64,000 nt of DNA, taken from contig OZ244744.1 of the NCBI GenBank assembly GCA_965219455.1, forward strand, positions 4,320,001 through 4,384,000, written 5' to 3'. This DNA comes from Candidatus Latescibacterota bacterium. GTDB lineage: Bacteria > Latescibacterota > UBA2968 > GCA-2709665. A program made the translations under genes and the position numbers. Shown here one piece after another: positions 48,154 through 57,784 of the stretch (positions within the stretch are counted from its first letter, which is position 1; each line of letters begins with the position of its first letter). The notes under the pieces were generated by a model that did not search any database, was not told the origin of the DNA, and worked only from the letters and a program-made list of their open reading frames with translations.

Positions 48154-48960
48154 TCATGAGTCGCGCTCGGCGGTCGCTTGTTTCGATTTGTTTTCCTTGG
48201 ATGCTTCCCATAGCCGGTCCATTTCTTCCAGACTGGCGTTCTGCGGGTTCTTTCCCTGTTTTCCGAGTTCCTGTTCTATATAACGAAATCGGGTCTCGAA
48301 TTTCCCGACGGTCTTCCGGAGCGCATTTTCCGGGCAGACTTTCAGAAACCTGGCGAGGTTGACCAGAGAGAAGAGGAGGTCGCCAAGCTCTTCTTCCACA
48401 CCCGTCTGGTCAGTGTCCCGCCACGCTTCCAGAAACTCGTCCACTTCCTCGCGTACTTTGTCTACAACCTCGTCGGTGTCTGTCCAGTCAAAGCCGGACC
48501 GGGCGGCCCGCTCCTGGACGCGTTGCGCACTGAGCAGTGCGGGAAGATGCCCGGGTATGCCGTCGAGGATGGAAGGGTTCAGGCCCTTCTCCCGCTTTTC
48601 CCGAGATTTGATGGATTCCCAGTTTTCAATCACTTGACCCGGGGTTTCCGCAGTGGCATTCCCGAATACGTGAGGATGCCTGCGAATGAGCTTTTCCGAC
48701 GTGGCCGCCGCCACGTCATCCAGGGTGAACCTGGCGTCCTCCCGGGCGAGTTGCGCGTGGAAGACGACTTGAAGGAGTACGTCGCCCAGTTCGTCGCGCA
48801 GACCATCGTCGTCATTCCGGTCGATGGCGTCCAGGGCTTCGTAGGTCTCTTCGATCAAATAGGGTTTGAGGCTCTGGTGCGTCTGCTCGCGGTCCCATGG
48901 GCATCCGTCCGGGCCGCGAAGCCGGGCCATGAGATTGACGAGACGATCGAGTTCGGACAT
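48154..48960 (-). CDS. mazG: Nucleoside triphosphate pyrophosphohydrolase MazG
   Basis: GCPWDREQTH, EETYE, DELGDVLLQVVFH, KLIRRHPHVF, GFDW, EEELGDLLF. Confidence 0.96.
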   Translation of the reverse strand: MSELDRLVNLMARLRGPDGCPWDREQTHQSLKPYLIEETYEALDAIDRNDDDGLRDELGDVLLQVVFHAQLAREDARFTLDDVAAATSEKLIRRHPHVFGNATAETPGQVIENWESIKSREKREKGLNPSILDGIPGHLPALLSAQRVQERAARSGFDWTDTDEVVDKVREEVDEFLEAWRDTDQTGVEEELGDLLFSLVNLARFLKVCPENALRKTVGKFETRFRYIEQELGKQGKNPQNASLEEMDRLWEASKENKSKQATAERDS

Positions 48961-49130
48961 CCGGGAATCCTCGAAAAAGCTGGGGTTAGACTGCGCATGG
49001 TAGTTCGGAGTTTGCGAGTCCCGGTCAAGTGAGTCGGTCCGGGAATTCGTCCGACGACAAACTACGCCGGAGGGCGGCAGGAGTCAATGGTTTTCGGGAA
49101 ACCGGGCGAGTATCGACGGAAAATTAGCCG

Positions 49131-49159
49131 TTGACAAAAGGCAGGGCGCAATGTATGTT
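49131..49159 (+). promoter_or_regulatory. Putative sigma70 promoter
   Basis: TTGACA, 17-nt spacer, TATGTT. Confidence 0.55.
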
Positions 49160-49244
49160 TCTCTCGTGCATCTGAATTGCAAAAACGACCCCGCAATTAA
49201 TGCGTTTCCGTTCCCGGATGTCCAAACGATCTGGAGGGGTATGA

Positions 49245-49700
49245 ATGAGCAAGTCGGTTAAGGATATTATGCGGAAAATTGGGAACGATGAACTCAAAGA
49301 TCAGGAACATGAGCGATTCAGGAAGAAGGCGGACGATGTTTCCGCATATTACGAAAACGAGGAAGATAAGTCGGAACTCGAGAAGCGGCACGACCGGTTT
49401 CGCCAGCGGCAGGAGTATACCAGCCGGCTCGGCCCGGCGGCCGAGCGCCTGCCCATCCTCACAAGGGAAGAGCAGGAACGTCGAGAAAAAGAACGACCCG
49501 CTCGCAGGGCGATCCAGTTCGAGGGTCCAATCGAAAAACTGATCGAAAAATACAACGACCCGAAAGAGGTGTTCAACCACCTGTCGCTCGGGCAGTTGAT
49601 GAAATACGAACTGCAAGCGGAGACCGGTTGCATTTACGAAAAGGGTAAGTTGATTTTCGACGGCGAGAAACTGGTAAACGACGTTGGTGAAAGGCGATGA
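49245..49700 (+). CDS. Hypothetical highly charged protein
   Basis: RBS ggagggg and upstream promoter; host-like codon usage; E/K/R-rich helical sequence with no recognisable motif. Confidence 0.65.
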   Translation: MSKSVKDIMRKIGNDELKDQEHERFRKKADDVSAYYENEEDKSELEKRHDRFRQRQEYTSRLGPAAERLPILTREEQERREKERPARRAIQFEGPIEKLIEKYNDPKEVFNHLSLGQLMKYELQAETGCIYEKGKLIFDGEKLVNDVGERR

Positions 49701-49790
49701 ACGGAAGAATGAATCCGGTGATAGCGGGAACACGAGCCAAAAAAGTCGGAACCCGCGCCGTCGTCGATGCAGGGTAACCTTGATTCGTCA

Positions 49791-49872
49791 GTGCGCCGTG
49801 AAAAGGCGCGGAACTCCAGCGGGTGAAAGTCCCACCCGACAAATGTTGCTGCAGTCGGAAGCAATCGGAGCG
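49791..49872 (+). mobile_element. Group II intron 5'-end (domain I) fragment
   Basis: Begins GTGCG; gcgcc-gtgaaaa-ggcgc stem, then ccagcgggtgaaagtcccacccg and cagtcggaagcaatcggagc, matching my recollection of bacterial group II intron 5' ends. No RT ORF or domain V seen. Confidence 0.6.
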
Positions 49873-49884
49873 GAGACGTAGGTA

Positions 49885-50400
49885 ATGAAGAGGTTTATTC
49901 CACTTATTGCGCTACTGTTGTCCTGCGGTGGAAGCGACAGTGAAGTTAATCCATTGGTCGGTGAATGGAACTTTGTCAGTCAAGATAATGAAAGGCTGAT
50001 TCATTATCTTGCTCATCACTTTGGCTCACGTGATCTTGCTATGGAATCCATTAAAGATATGCCGACATCAATTGAAGATTACGTGATTCGATTTAATGCA
50101 GATCTTACATATACCGATAGTTACGGTGCAAACGGAACCTGGAGTGCAACAAAAACTGTGGCGACATTAAGTGAGGGTTATGATGTATTTGTAATGCCTT
50201 ACGTTATTATGGACACGGAATTAGTGCTTACTCTTGGAAAAGTAGAAATGAAGACTTTTTTGTACGGGGGTGTCGGTGATGATGAGCTGTCTGAAATAGT
50301 TTCGTTTTATAGAACAACTATGCCTTATCGTTATACGAACCTTATTCAACTGACTTTTCGCCGTCAGGTGAGCGGTGTTCGGGTGGTTGGCCCGGCGTAG
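49885..50400 (+). CDS. Putative lipoprotein, lipocalin-like; AT-rich
   Basis: Lipobox LLSC; NPLVGEW, IRFNADLTY, GTWS motifs; visibly lower GC than flanks. Confidence 0.65.
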   Translation: MKRFIPLIALLLSCGGSDSEVNPLVGEWNFVSQDNERLIHYLAHHFGSRDLAMESIKDMPTSIEDYVIRFNADLTYTDSYGANGTWSATKTVATLSEGYDVFVMPYVIMDTELVLTLGKVEMKTFLYGGVGDDELSEIVSFYRTTMPYRYTNLIQLTFRRQVSGVRVVGPA

Positions 50401-50648
50401 GGGATTTCTAATTGCCTTTTAAACGAGGATTAACAATAACGAAACACGACTTTGGACCTCGTCAGAGTGGATTTTGAATTTTCGGAGTGGTCTCAAGGTT
50501 AATTGGCTGATCAACCGGCAGTCGTGTAAACCCTTTTTGGCCGATGTTTCCGTCCACTTTTGTCTTTGGTCAAGCCCTTCGGATCTCTGTGCTCCGAAGG
50601 GCTTCTTATTCCGGAGTCGGCGTGGGCGCATCGCCTCAGACTGCCAGA

Positions 50649-51575
50649 TCAGGGCTTCTTGTCCGTATTCGCTACACAGGCCTTGATGTATTCCCGAATT
50701 TTCTCTCCGCACTCGGGATCCTGAAGCGCAAAGTCGATAAACGCCCGGTAGTAACTTGCGTGGCTACCGATATCGTACCTCGTTTCGTCCGGCAGCAACC
50801 GCACGCATCTGACCGATTTTCCCCGACTTATAAGGCTCCGAATGGCGTCCGTAACGCCGAGTTCGCCACAGGTGGCCTGCGTCAGCCCGCGGATTTCGTC
50901 GAAGATGTCCGGGCTGAACACATAACGGGCGCTCACGGCCATAAGGCTGGGCGCTTCGGCTGCGCCGGGTTTTTCCACAAGGTCGTTAATGGAGAAGCTG
51001 TCTGGGTTCAGATCGTCTACCGGGTCCGGGGTGACAATACCGTAGCGCCCGACCATATCGCGCGTGACGGGGCGAACGCCCACGGTACAGGCTGAATCGT
51101 ATTTGAGATGCGATTCGATCATTCGTGCCAGAAAGTTCGGCGTGTGTCTGGTGTTGATGATGGTATCGCCGTAGGCAACAGCGAAATTCTCTTTGTCTAC
51201 GAAACTCTCGGCCGCGAGTATCGCCGCGCCCGTGCCCCGAAGTTTGATCGTGGGAGACAGGGCCTGTTGCCGGGTATAAAAAAACTCGATACCGCGCCGG
51301 CTGTAGTCGAAGTTACTCGGGTCATTCCAGCCGTGGTTCTGGTCCGACCCGGCGCCGAGGTCAACGTTGTTGTCGAACTGGTTTTCGATGATGGTCTTGC
51401 TGTGAGAGGTAATGAAGAGACATTTCTTCAGATTGGCGGCCGCCATCTCCTCCACGACATGCTGTATAGCGGGATATTTGCCTACTGGCAGCATTTCTTT
51501 TGGCAGGGCTCTTGTCGTGGGCAGCAATCGGGTGCCGAGCCCGGCAACCGGGATGACGACTTTTCTGACGCGCAT
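50649..51575 (-). CDS. galU: UTP--glucose-1-phosphate uridylyltransferase
   Basis: VRKVVIPVAGLGTRLLPTTRALPKEMLPV, YTRQ, FAVAYGD, LVEKP, RYDIG. True start 51575, not the ORF-track 52052. Confidence 0.88.
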   Translation of the reverse strand: MRVRKVVIPVAGLGTRLLPTTRALPKEMLPVGKYPAIQHVVEEMAAANLKKCLFITSHSKTIIENQFDNNVDLGAGSDQNHGWNDPSNFDYSRRGIEFFYTRQQALSPTIKLRGTGAAILAAESFVDKENFAVAYGDTIINTRHTPNFLARMIESHLKYDSACTVGVRPVTRDMVGRYGIVTPDPVDDLNPDSFSINDLVEKPGAAEAPSLMAVSARYVFSPDIFDEIRGLTQATCGELGVTDAIRSLISRGKSVRCVRLLPDETRYDIGSHASYYRAFIDFALQDPECGEKIREYIKACVANTDKKP

Positions 51576-51777
51576 AAACCATCCTTCCGAAGAGTAACCG
51601 GCCGGAAAGATAAACCTGGTTTGGTGCGTTGTCAATACAGAAGCGTCCTGATTTCCCGGGACTTCAAACAACCTCCGCGCCCGTGCGCCACGTTTAGAAT
51701 TCCTTTGCGCGCAATGCACAGATTCGATAGATTTTCTTGGTGACCCGATTGTGCGTCCTTTCGCGAAAGGTTCAACC

Positions 51778-53994
51778 ATGAAGTGGATCATTGCACTGTC
51801 TGTCCCGATTGTTGCGTTCGCATCCGCGGCGACAGCGGCGACGGTGGATTCGCTTCGGGTCGAGGCGGATGCGGACTTGAGCCGGTCCGAGCGTGCCATT
51901 GCCGCGCTGAAACAGGTGATCAACACCGGAAGGGAAACGGCGCAGGATCTTGTCCTTCTTGGACAGGCGTATCTGGATGCCGGCAACCGGAAGGCGGCCA
52001 AAAAAGCGTTCAGAAAGGCCGTCAAAAAAGGTGCGAAGGCGGCCGGGTACAACGGGCTGGGGTTGGCCTACATGGCTTCAAAACAGGGATTAAGGCGCGC
52101 GGAGACGAATTTCAGGCGGGCTCTAAAGGCCGACCCGGATTTGGCCGAGGCGCAGTACCACCTGGCGAGGGTTTACCTGGAAACACGGCGGCGTCGGGCG
52201 CGGGAAGCATTTGAGAAAGTGATTGAAATCGATGCCGACTACCCGGACGCGCATTACCAGGTGGGGTTGCTGCTGGAAACCGACGGCAAGCGACACGAGG
52301 CGATTTCCGCCTACCAGCGAGAGATCGAGGCAAATCCATCACACCCGCTTGCGGGAATCCGGCTGGCCCGTTTGTGGCTCGTTCTGGGCGAAAGTGCGGA
52401 GGCGGTCAACACCCTCTCAGGGCTGTTGAAGGGCGGGGGCGATGCCCGGATTTCGGCCAATCGCGACCTTGCGATCATTGGCCTTGTGAATGGGGATTTC
52501 GAGCGGGCGAACGAACTGTTCGAGGACTATTTTTCCTATCTTCCGGACGCCGAGCGGCGCAGATTTCGAGACATTTCTCTGGTGGCGGCCGACAAGGATC
52601 TGGCCCGTTACGTGGCGGCCCCGCCCGAGGAGAAGGATGCGCTCGCCGTGCGGTTCTGGAACCGGCGCGATCCGACGCCCCTCACCCCTGAAAACGAGCG
52701 CCTGCTGGAGCACTATCGGCGGGTAGCGTATGCGTTGGAACACTATACCAGGCCGGGGGGCGGCTGGGACAAACGCGGCGAGGTTTTCATCCGGCTGGGG
52801 GATCCGGACCATATCAGCAGTTGGGACGACGTCCAGGCCGAACGGAATCGGGAGGTACAGGAAGCGCGCGTGAATTTCGTGAACCGGTCCCGTATCGCGT
52901 TGGCTATTTCACCGGGGTTGCCCATTTTTCCCGTCTCTGCGAATGCAAGGTGGGAATATTGGGTCTATACACGGGTGGACGGCGGAATTGAGATTACTTT
53001 CGCGGAGGTCTTTAAGGGCAGGCGTTACGATTACGCCCCGTTTCCGCTCCGGATTGCGCCCCATCTCGGTGTCCACCTGGCCGATTATCAGGGCGGGGTG
53101 GTTATGCAGAATGTCGTGGCCAGGCGGCCTTCACTCTACACACCCGATTTCGCCGATCTGCCAATCGATTTCTTCTACTATCCAGCGGATTTCAAGGGTC
53201 CGAATTCCACAACGCGTCTGGAGGTCTACTACGGGTTGCCGGCATCCGAGGTGGTTCGGTTGAACGTGGATGAGAAGACGGATCTGATCTTGCTGGACCG
53301 GGGCGTGGCCTTCTTCGACAGTTTGTGGAATGAAGTTCATCGGGAGGTGGATCAGATGGCCTTCAAGGCGCCCACGGACCAGCAGGTTGCAGACGGCGCG
53401 TTCATTCCGGGCGTTATGCCCGTGGATTTGCCGCCGGGGACATACCATATGGCGCTACAGGTAAGGGACGTGGTTTCCGGAAAATCCCAGGTCTACCAGC
53501 AGGCGGTTATTCTGGAGGACTATCACAAACCATCCAGGCTGTTGGTCAGCGATATCGAACTGGCCTTCGCAACGGAGCCGACCGACGAAGCGTCGGGGGA
53601 CTATGTAAAAAACGGGCTTAAGGTAATTCCGATGTCGTCCCTGGCGTTCCGGAGCGAACAGAACGCGTTCGTCTATTTCGAAATCTATAATTTGAAACAG
53701 AATTCATTCGGACAAACGCGTTATCGAGTGGAATATACGTTGCGGTCGCAACGGGAAAGGGCGCTCCCTGCAAAGATTCTGCACGGACTGGGTCGGGCTT
53801 TCCGGCTGTCTGAAAAGGATCAGGAAATCGTTATTGCTTACGACCAGGCCGGCACCCGGCCGGATGAAGTTGCCTACGTCGAACTGGACCTGACCGAGAC
53901 GCAGGAGGGCGGGCAGCAGGTCAGGGTGGCGGTCACGGATCTGTTGGCGGATGATCGGGCTACAAAGGAGATTTCGTTCAGGATTGTGCCCTGA
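51778..53994 (+). CDS. TPR + GWxTD-domain protein with C-terminal Ig-like domains
   Basis: Signal peptide MKWIIALS...ATA; TPRs; RFWNRRDPTP.TPENERLLEHYRRV...GWDKRGEVFIRLGDPD; WEYWVY; FVYFEIYNL. Confidence 0.87.
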   Translation: MKWIIALSVPIVAFASAATAATVDSLRVEADADLSRSERAIAALKQVINTGRETAQDLVLLGQAYLDAGNRKAAKKAFRKAVKKGAKAAGYNGLGLAYMASKQGLRRAETNFRRALKADPDLAEAQYHLARVYLETRRRRAREAFEKVIEIDADYPDAHYQVGLLLETDGKRHEAISAYQREIEANPSHPLAGIRLARLWLVLGESAEAVNTLSGLLKGGGDARISANRDLAIIGLVNGDFERANELFEDYFSYLPDAERRRFRDISLVAADKDLARYVAAPPEEKDALAVRFWNRRDPTPLTPENERLLEHYRRVAYALEHYTRPGGGWDKRGEVFIRLGDPDHISSWDDVQAERNREVQEARVNFVNRSRIALAISPGLPIFPVSANARWEYWVYTRVDGGIEITFAEVFKGRRYDYAPFPLRIAPHLGVHLADYQGGVVMQNVVARRPSLYTPDFADLPIDFFYYPADFKGPNSTTRLEVYYGLPASEVVRLNVDEKTDLILLDRGVAFFDSLWNEVHREVDQMAFKAPTDQQVADGAFIPGVMPVDLPPGTYHMALQVRDVVSGKSQVYQQAVILEDYHKPSRLLVSDIELAFATEPTDEASGDYVKNGLKVIPMSSLAFRSEQNAFVYFEIYNLKQNSFGQTRYRVEYTLRSQRERALPAKILHGLGRAFRLSEKDQEIVIAYDQAGTRPDEVAYVELDLTETQEGGQQVRVAVTDLLADDRATKEISFRIVP

Positions 53995-54084
53995 ACACAG
54001 ACCGTCCGGGGGTGTTTTACGCATTTCCGTTCACGTGCTTTCTTGCGCTGTGCATCGTGAATGGCGTCCGTTATCGGGAGAAAC

Positions 54085-55518
54085 ATGGCGGGACAGGCCA
54101 ACTTGTCGGTGATTCCTTCGGTTGACGCGGTACTGGCCGATCCTGAGGTGCGGGCGTTGCGCGAACGCTGCGATCAGCCGCTGGTTACGCGTTTCGTGCG
54201 GGAGGGTATCGACGACGTCCGACAGGCCATGCTCAGCGGCGAAGCGATCGGCGAATCCAGGGATGCGCTCGTGGCGCGGGTGGTCCGCCGGGCTTGTCTT
54301 CGCGTGGCCCGCATAACCGATCCCGGTCTCAAGCGGGTGGTAAACGCCACTGGAATCGTGTTGCACACAAACCTCGGACGCGCGCCACTGGCGGATGCGG
54401 CCGCCCGCGCGGTCGCCGGGGTTGCCTCGGGATACAGCAATCTCGAAGTGGATCTGGAATCCGGCCGGCGCGGGTTCCGATCGGCGCTGGTTGAGGAGTT
54501 GCTGTGTGCGTTAACGGGCGCTGAAGCGGCCGCCGTGGTCAACAACAACGCGGCCGCCGTATTGTTGACTCTGAATTCGCTGTGTCTGGGTAAAGAGGCG
54601 GTGGTCTCACGAGGCGAATTGATCGAAATCGGAGGATCCTTCCGCATCCCGGAAATTATGGAGCGCAGCGGCGCTGTAATGGTCGAGGTAGGAACAACCA
54701 ACCGGACCCACCTTCAGGACTATGAGGCAGCCCTGACCCAGCGCGCCGGTATGATGCTGGCGGTGCACCCCAGCAATTACAAGGTGATGGGCTTTACGGC
54801 TGCGGTTTCGCTGGAGGATCTGGTTGCGCTGGGCAATCGGCGCAGCGTGGCCGTGGTTCACGATCTGGGAGGCGGTGCTCTGGTGGACATGCGCGAGTTC
54901 GGTCTGCCTCACGAGCCCCTCGTATCGGACAGCGTGGCGGCTGGCGCCGACGTGGTAACGTTCAGCGCCGACAAGGTGTTGGGCGGCCCTCAGGCGGGCA
55001 TTCTGGTGGGGACGAGAGACGCCATCGAGACGATCCGACGGAATCCGCTCATGCGGGCGCTGCGATGCGGTAAACTGACCTACGCCGCGCTCGCGGCAAC
55101 CTTGAGGCTCTTCCTGAACCGTAAAAAATTGTTACGGGCGCATCCCACGCTTGGGATGTTGACCGTGCCTGTCTCGAACCTGAAGCGACGGGGCCTGCGG
55201 AGCCTGTCGCGGCTGAGTAAGCTGCAGGATAAAGGGCTGCGGGTTGAATTGGTGGATTCAGTCGCCCAGACGGGAAGCGGCGCGATGCCGCTGGAGGAGA
55301 TCGCAAGCCTGGCGCTTTGTGTGTCTTTGGTTGGTGGATCCGTGACTGACCTTGCGGCACGACTGCGTGCGGCCGACCCGCCGGTGATCGGATACGTGCG
55401 GGACGATCGACTGTTTCTGGATTTACGGACGGTGGCTGCAGGCGAGTTGCGCCACGTCGAGGCCGCGCTGCGCCGGGCGGTGGGGATAGGTGTGGAGTCA
55501 GTCTCATGTCACACGTGA
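54085..55518 (+). CDS. selA: L-seryl-tRNA(Sec) selenium transferase
   Basis: VVNATGIVLHTNLGRAPL, VNNNAAAV, SRGELIEIGGSFRIPEIM, EVGTTNRTH, FSADKVLGGPQAG. Start 54085 or 54061. Confidence 0.97.
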   Translation: MAGQANLSVIPSVDAVLADPEVRALRERCDQPLVTRFVREGIDDVRQAMLSGEAIGESRDALVARVVRRACLRVARITDPGLKRVVNATGIVLHTNLGRAPLADAAARAVAGVASGYSNLEVDLESGRRGFRSALVEELLCALTGAEAAAVVNNNAAAVLLTLNSLCLGKEAVVSRGELIEIGGSFRIPEIMERSGAVMVEVGTTNRTHLQDYEAALTQRAGMMLAVHPSNYKVMGFTAAVSLEDLVALGNRRSVAVVHDLGGGALVDMREFGLPHEPLVSDSVAAGADVVTFSADKVLGGPQAGILVGTRDAIETIRRNPLMRALRCGKLTYAALAATLRLFLNRKKLLRAHPTLGMLTVPVSNLKRRGLRSLSRLSKLQDKGLRVELVDSVAQTGSGAMPLEEIASLALCVSLVGGSVTDLAARLRAADPPVIGYVRDDRLFLDLRTVAAGELRHVEAALRRAVGIGVESVSCHT

Positions 55519-57404
55519 TCATCGGTACGGCAGGTCATATCGATCATGGCAAGACCGCGCTGATCAAGGCGCTTACGGGTATCGATACGGATACGCTCCC
55601 GCAGGAGAAGGAACGGGGGGTGACGATCGATATCGGATTTGCATACTGGAAGGACCATGTCACAATAATCGACGTGCCCGGTCACGAACGGTTTGTGAAG
55701 AATATGGTGACGGGCGTATGCACTGTGGATCTCGCGTTGTTTGTGGTTGCGGCGGATGACGGGGCCATGCCCCAGACACGTGAGCATCTGGGTATTCTGA
55801 ATCTTCTGGGGGTGCGACGGGGCGTTGTAGCGCTGAATAAGGTGGACCTGGTGGAGCCGGATTGGACGGAGTTGGTGGAGGAGGACTTGCGCGATCTGTT
55901 TGAAGGGACGTTTCTGGATGGCGCGCCAATCGTGTCGGTGTCTGCAGTGACCGGCGAAGGGATTGAGACGCTTCGGGAATTGCTGGAGGAGGAAATCGAG
56001 AAGGTGGAGGAGCGCCCGGATGGCGGGGTGTTCCGTCTGCCCGTGGATCGGGTGTTCTCGATGAGGGGATTCGGTACGGTCGTGACCGGCACCGTACTGT
56101 CCGGCCGGGTTCGGGTGAAGGACGTGGTGATGCTCCAGCCGGCCGACAGGGCTGTACGGGTGCGTGGCGTGCAGGTGCACGGCAGGGACGTGGATACGGC
56201 CCACGTCGGTCATCGAGCGGCGATCAATCTGGCCGACGCGGAAGTGGATCAGGTCACGCGGGGCGATCTTCTGGCACAGCAGGGTTATTTCAGTTCCACC
56301 TATATGCTTGACGCGCGCCTGTGGTTGTTGAAGGATGCGCCGGTGTCACTGAAGAACCGGGCGCGGGTGCATCTGCACCTCGGTCCCCGCGAAGTGCTGG
56401 CGCGTGTGATTCTTCTGGAGGCCGACGAGTTGGCGCCCGGCGAGTCCCAGTTGGTGCAGTTCCGCCTGGAAGGCCGCGGCGTGGCCGCCCGTGGAGACCG
56501 TTATGTGATCCGACGTTATTCGCCCGTACAAACGCTGGGGGGCGGGGTGGTGCTGGATGCGCAGCCGGTGAAGCATCGCCGTTTTCGAGAGGATACGTTG
56601 GAAAGGCTGCGTGGGTCCGAGGTTGAGGATCCCACCCGGGTGCTGGCCCTTCGGCTGAAGGCGGCGGGATTTCGGGCGCTTTCAGCCAGTGACCTTGCGG
56701 CGGCGTTGGGCCTGTCTCTGTCCGAAACAGACGATCGGCTGCAGGGTCTGCTGGCGGATGGAGAAGCATTCGGCTTTCGCCACGCGGGAGAGGCCATTTA
56801 CGTCCATACGGACTCCTGGCAGTTGCTTCTGGAGCGAATAGAGGAAGCGTTGTCGGGCTACCATCGGACAAACCCGCTCAAGACTGGCGTCTCGCGCAAC
56901 GAACTTCGCCTCCGGGTGGCGGGAGAGCCGCCCGTGGGTCTTGTTGAGCATGCAATCGATTGTCTGCTTTCTCAGGAGGTGTTGACGCCCGTGGGTCCCC
57001 TGTTGCGTATGGCCAATCACCGGATCCGATTTTCGGGGGAACAGCGCCGGATCAGAAAGGAAATCCTGGTGCTGTTGCTGGAGGGTCGGGCGGCGCCTCC
57101 CGATTTGAATGAGATTGGCACACAACTGCCGCAAAATTCCGCGGAGGTTCACGCTGTTGCAGCCGCCATGCAGGCCATGGGCGAGATTGTAAGGCTCGAC
57201 GAGTATCTTATGTTTCCTCCACACACGCTGGAGGAGATTGAGCAGGGTCTCGTGGGTTATCTGCAACGAAACCGCGAAATGAGTGTTTCAGCTTTCCGTG
57301 ATCTGGTCGGCACCACGCGCAAATATGCCGTTCCGTTGTTGAACTATTTCGACAATAGGGGCGTCACAATAAGGCAGGGGGACGTCAGGGTGCTGGCGGG
57401 ATAG
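55506..57404 (+). CDS. selB: Selenocysteine-specific elongation factor
   Basis: [28 protein letters not shown]-terminal winged helix [13 protein letters not shown]. Confidence 0.97.
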   Translation: MSHVIIGTAGHIDHGKTALIKALTGIDTDTLPQEKERGVTIDIGFAYWKDHVTIIDVPGHERFVKNMVTGVCTVDLALFVVAADDGAMPQTREHLGILNLLGVRRGVVALNKVDLVEPDWTELVEEDLRDLFEGTFLDGAPIVSVSAVTGEGIETLRELLEEEIEKVEERPDGGVFRLPVDRVFSMRGFGTVVTGTVLSGRVRVKDVVMLQPADRAVRVRGVQVHGRDVDTAHVGHRAAINLADAEVDQVTRGDLLAQQGYFSSTYMLDARLWLLKDAPVSLKNRARVHLHLGPREVLARVILLEADELAPGESQLVQFRLEGRGVAARGDRYVIRRYSPVQTLGGGVVLDAQPVKHRRFREDTLERLRGSEVEDPTRVLALRLKAAGFRALSASDLAAALGLSLSETDDRLQGLLADGEAFGFRHAGEAIYVHTDSWQLLLERIEEALSGYHRTNPLKTGVSRNELRLRVAGEPPVGLVEHAIDCLLSQEVLTPVGPLLRMANHRIRFSGEQRRIRKEILVLLLEGRAAPPDLNEIGTQLPQNSAEVHAVAAAMQAMGEIVRLDEYLMFPPHTLEEIEQGLVGYLQRNREMSVSAFRDLVGTTRKYAVPLLNYFDNRGVTIRQGDVRVLAG

Positions 57405-57534
57405 ACGCAAGCGTCGATTCAGGGATCGAGTCGCTTGCCGCTTTTTGGCTTTCGGCAGGATTTCGGTCGCTGGGGATGGTTCTGCCGTACAACACGTCAG
57501 GATGCCATGATCGCCGGCAGCCTGCCCTTTGTGC

Positions 57535-57632
57535 GGGAGTGGATGGGGCACTGGTGGCCCTCGCGGGCTTCAAACCCGTTGCGGCGTGCTAATCACGCGC
57601 TGGGTGGGTTCGATTCCCACACATTCCCGCCA
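57535..57632 (+). tRNA. selC: tRNA-Sec (anticodon UCA)
   Basis: Anticodon arm gcggg-cttcaaa-cccgt; long variable arm; T arm gtggg-ttcgatt-cccac; long acceptor stem ending GCCA; adjacent to selAB. Confidence 0.93.
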
Positions 57633-57640
57633 TCATCGGG

Positions 57641-57668
57641 AGTGGGGGCCTCACACGGGGCCCCCGCT
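57641..57668 (+). terminator. Hairpin downstream of selC
   Basis: gtgggggcc-tcacacgg-ggcccccgc. Confidence 0.5.
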
Positions 57669-57683
57669 TCTGTTAACGAGTCG

Positions 57684-57712
57684 TTGACAAAAAAGACGCT
57701 CCGATGTAACTT
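57684..57712 (+). promoter_or_regulatory. Putative sigma70 promoter
   Basis: TTGACA, 17-nt spacer, TAACTT. Confidence 0.5.
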
Positions 57713-57784
57713 CGAATTCAGAAATCAGGATCGGTGTATTCCCCGCGGCTCAAACAGAGTTGATGCATTTACACGGGGTTCCAT

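Noticed and set aside
48154-49700. mazG plus orphan gene as an anti-phage or toxin-antitoxin module
   Set aside because: MazG is the ordinary two-domain housekeeping type, the genes are divergent, and the orphan shows no toxin motif.
49885-50450. Lipoprotein gene as an integron cassette
   Set aside because: No convincing attC (RYYYAAC...GTTRRRY) pair and no integrase found.
51576-52052. N-terminal extension of galU in the ORF track
   Set aside because: It overlaps the divergent GWxTD gene; GalU homology begins at MRVRKVVIP (51575).
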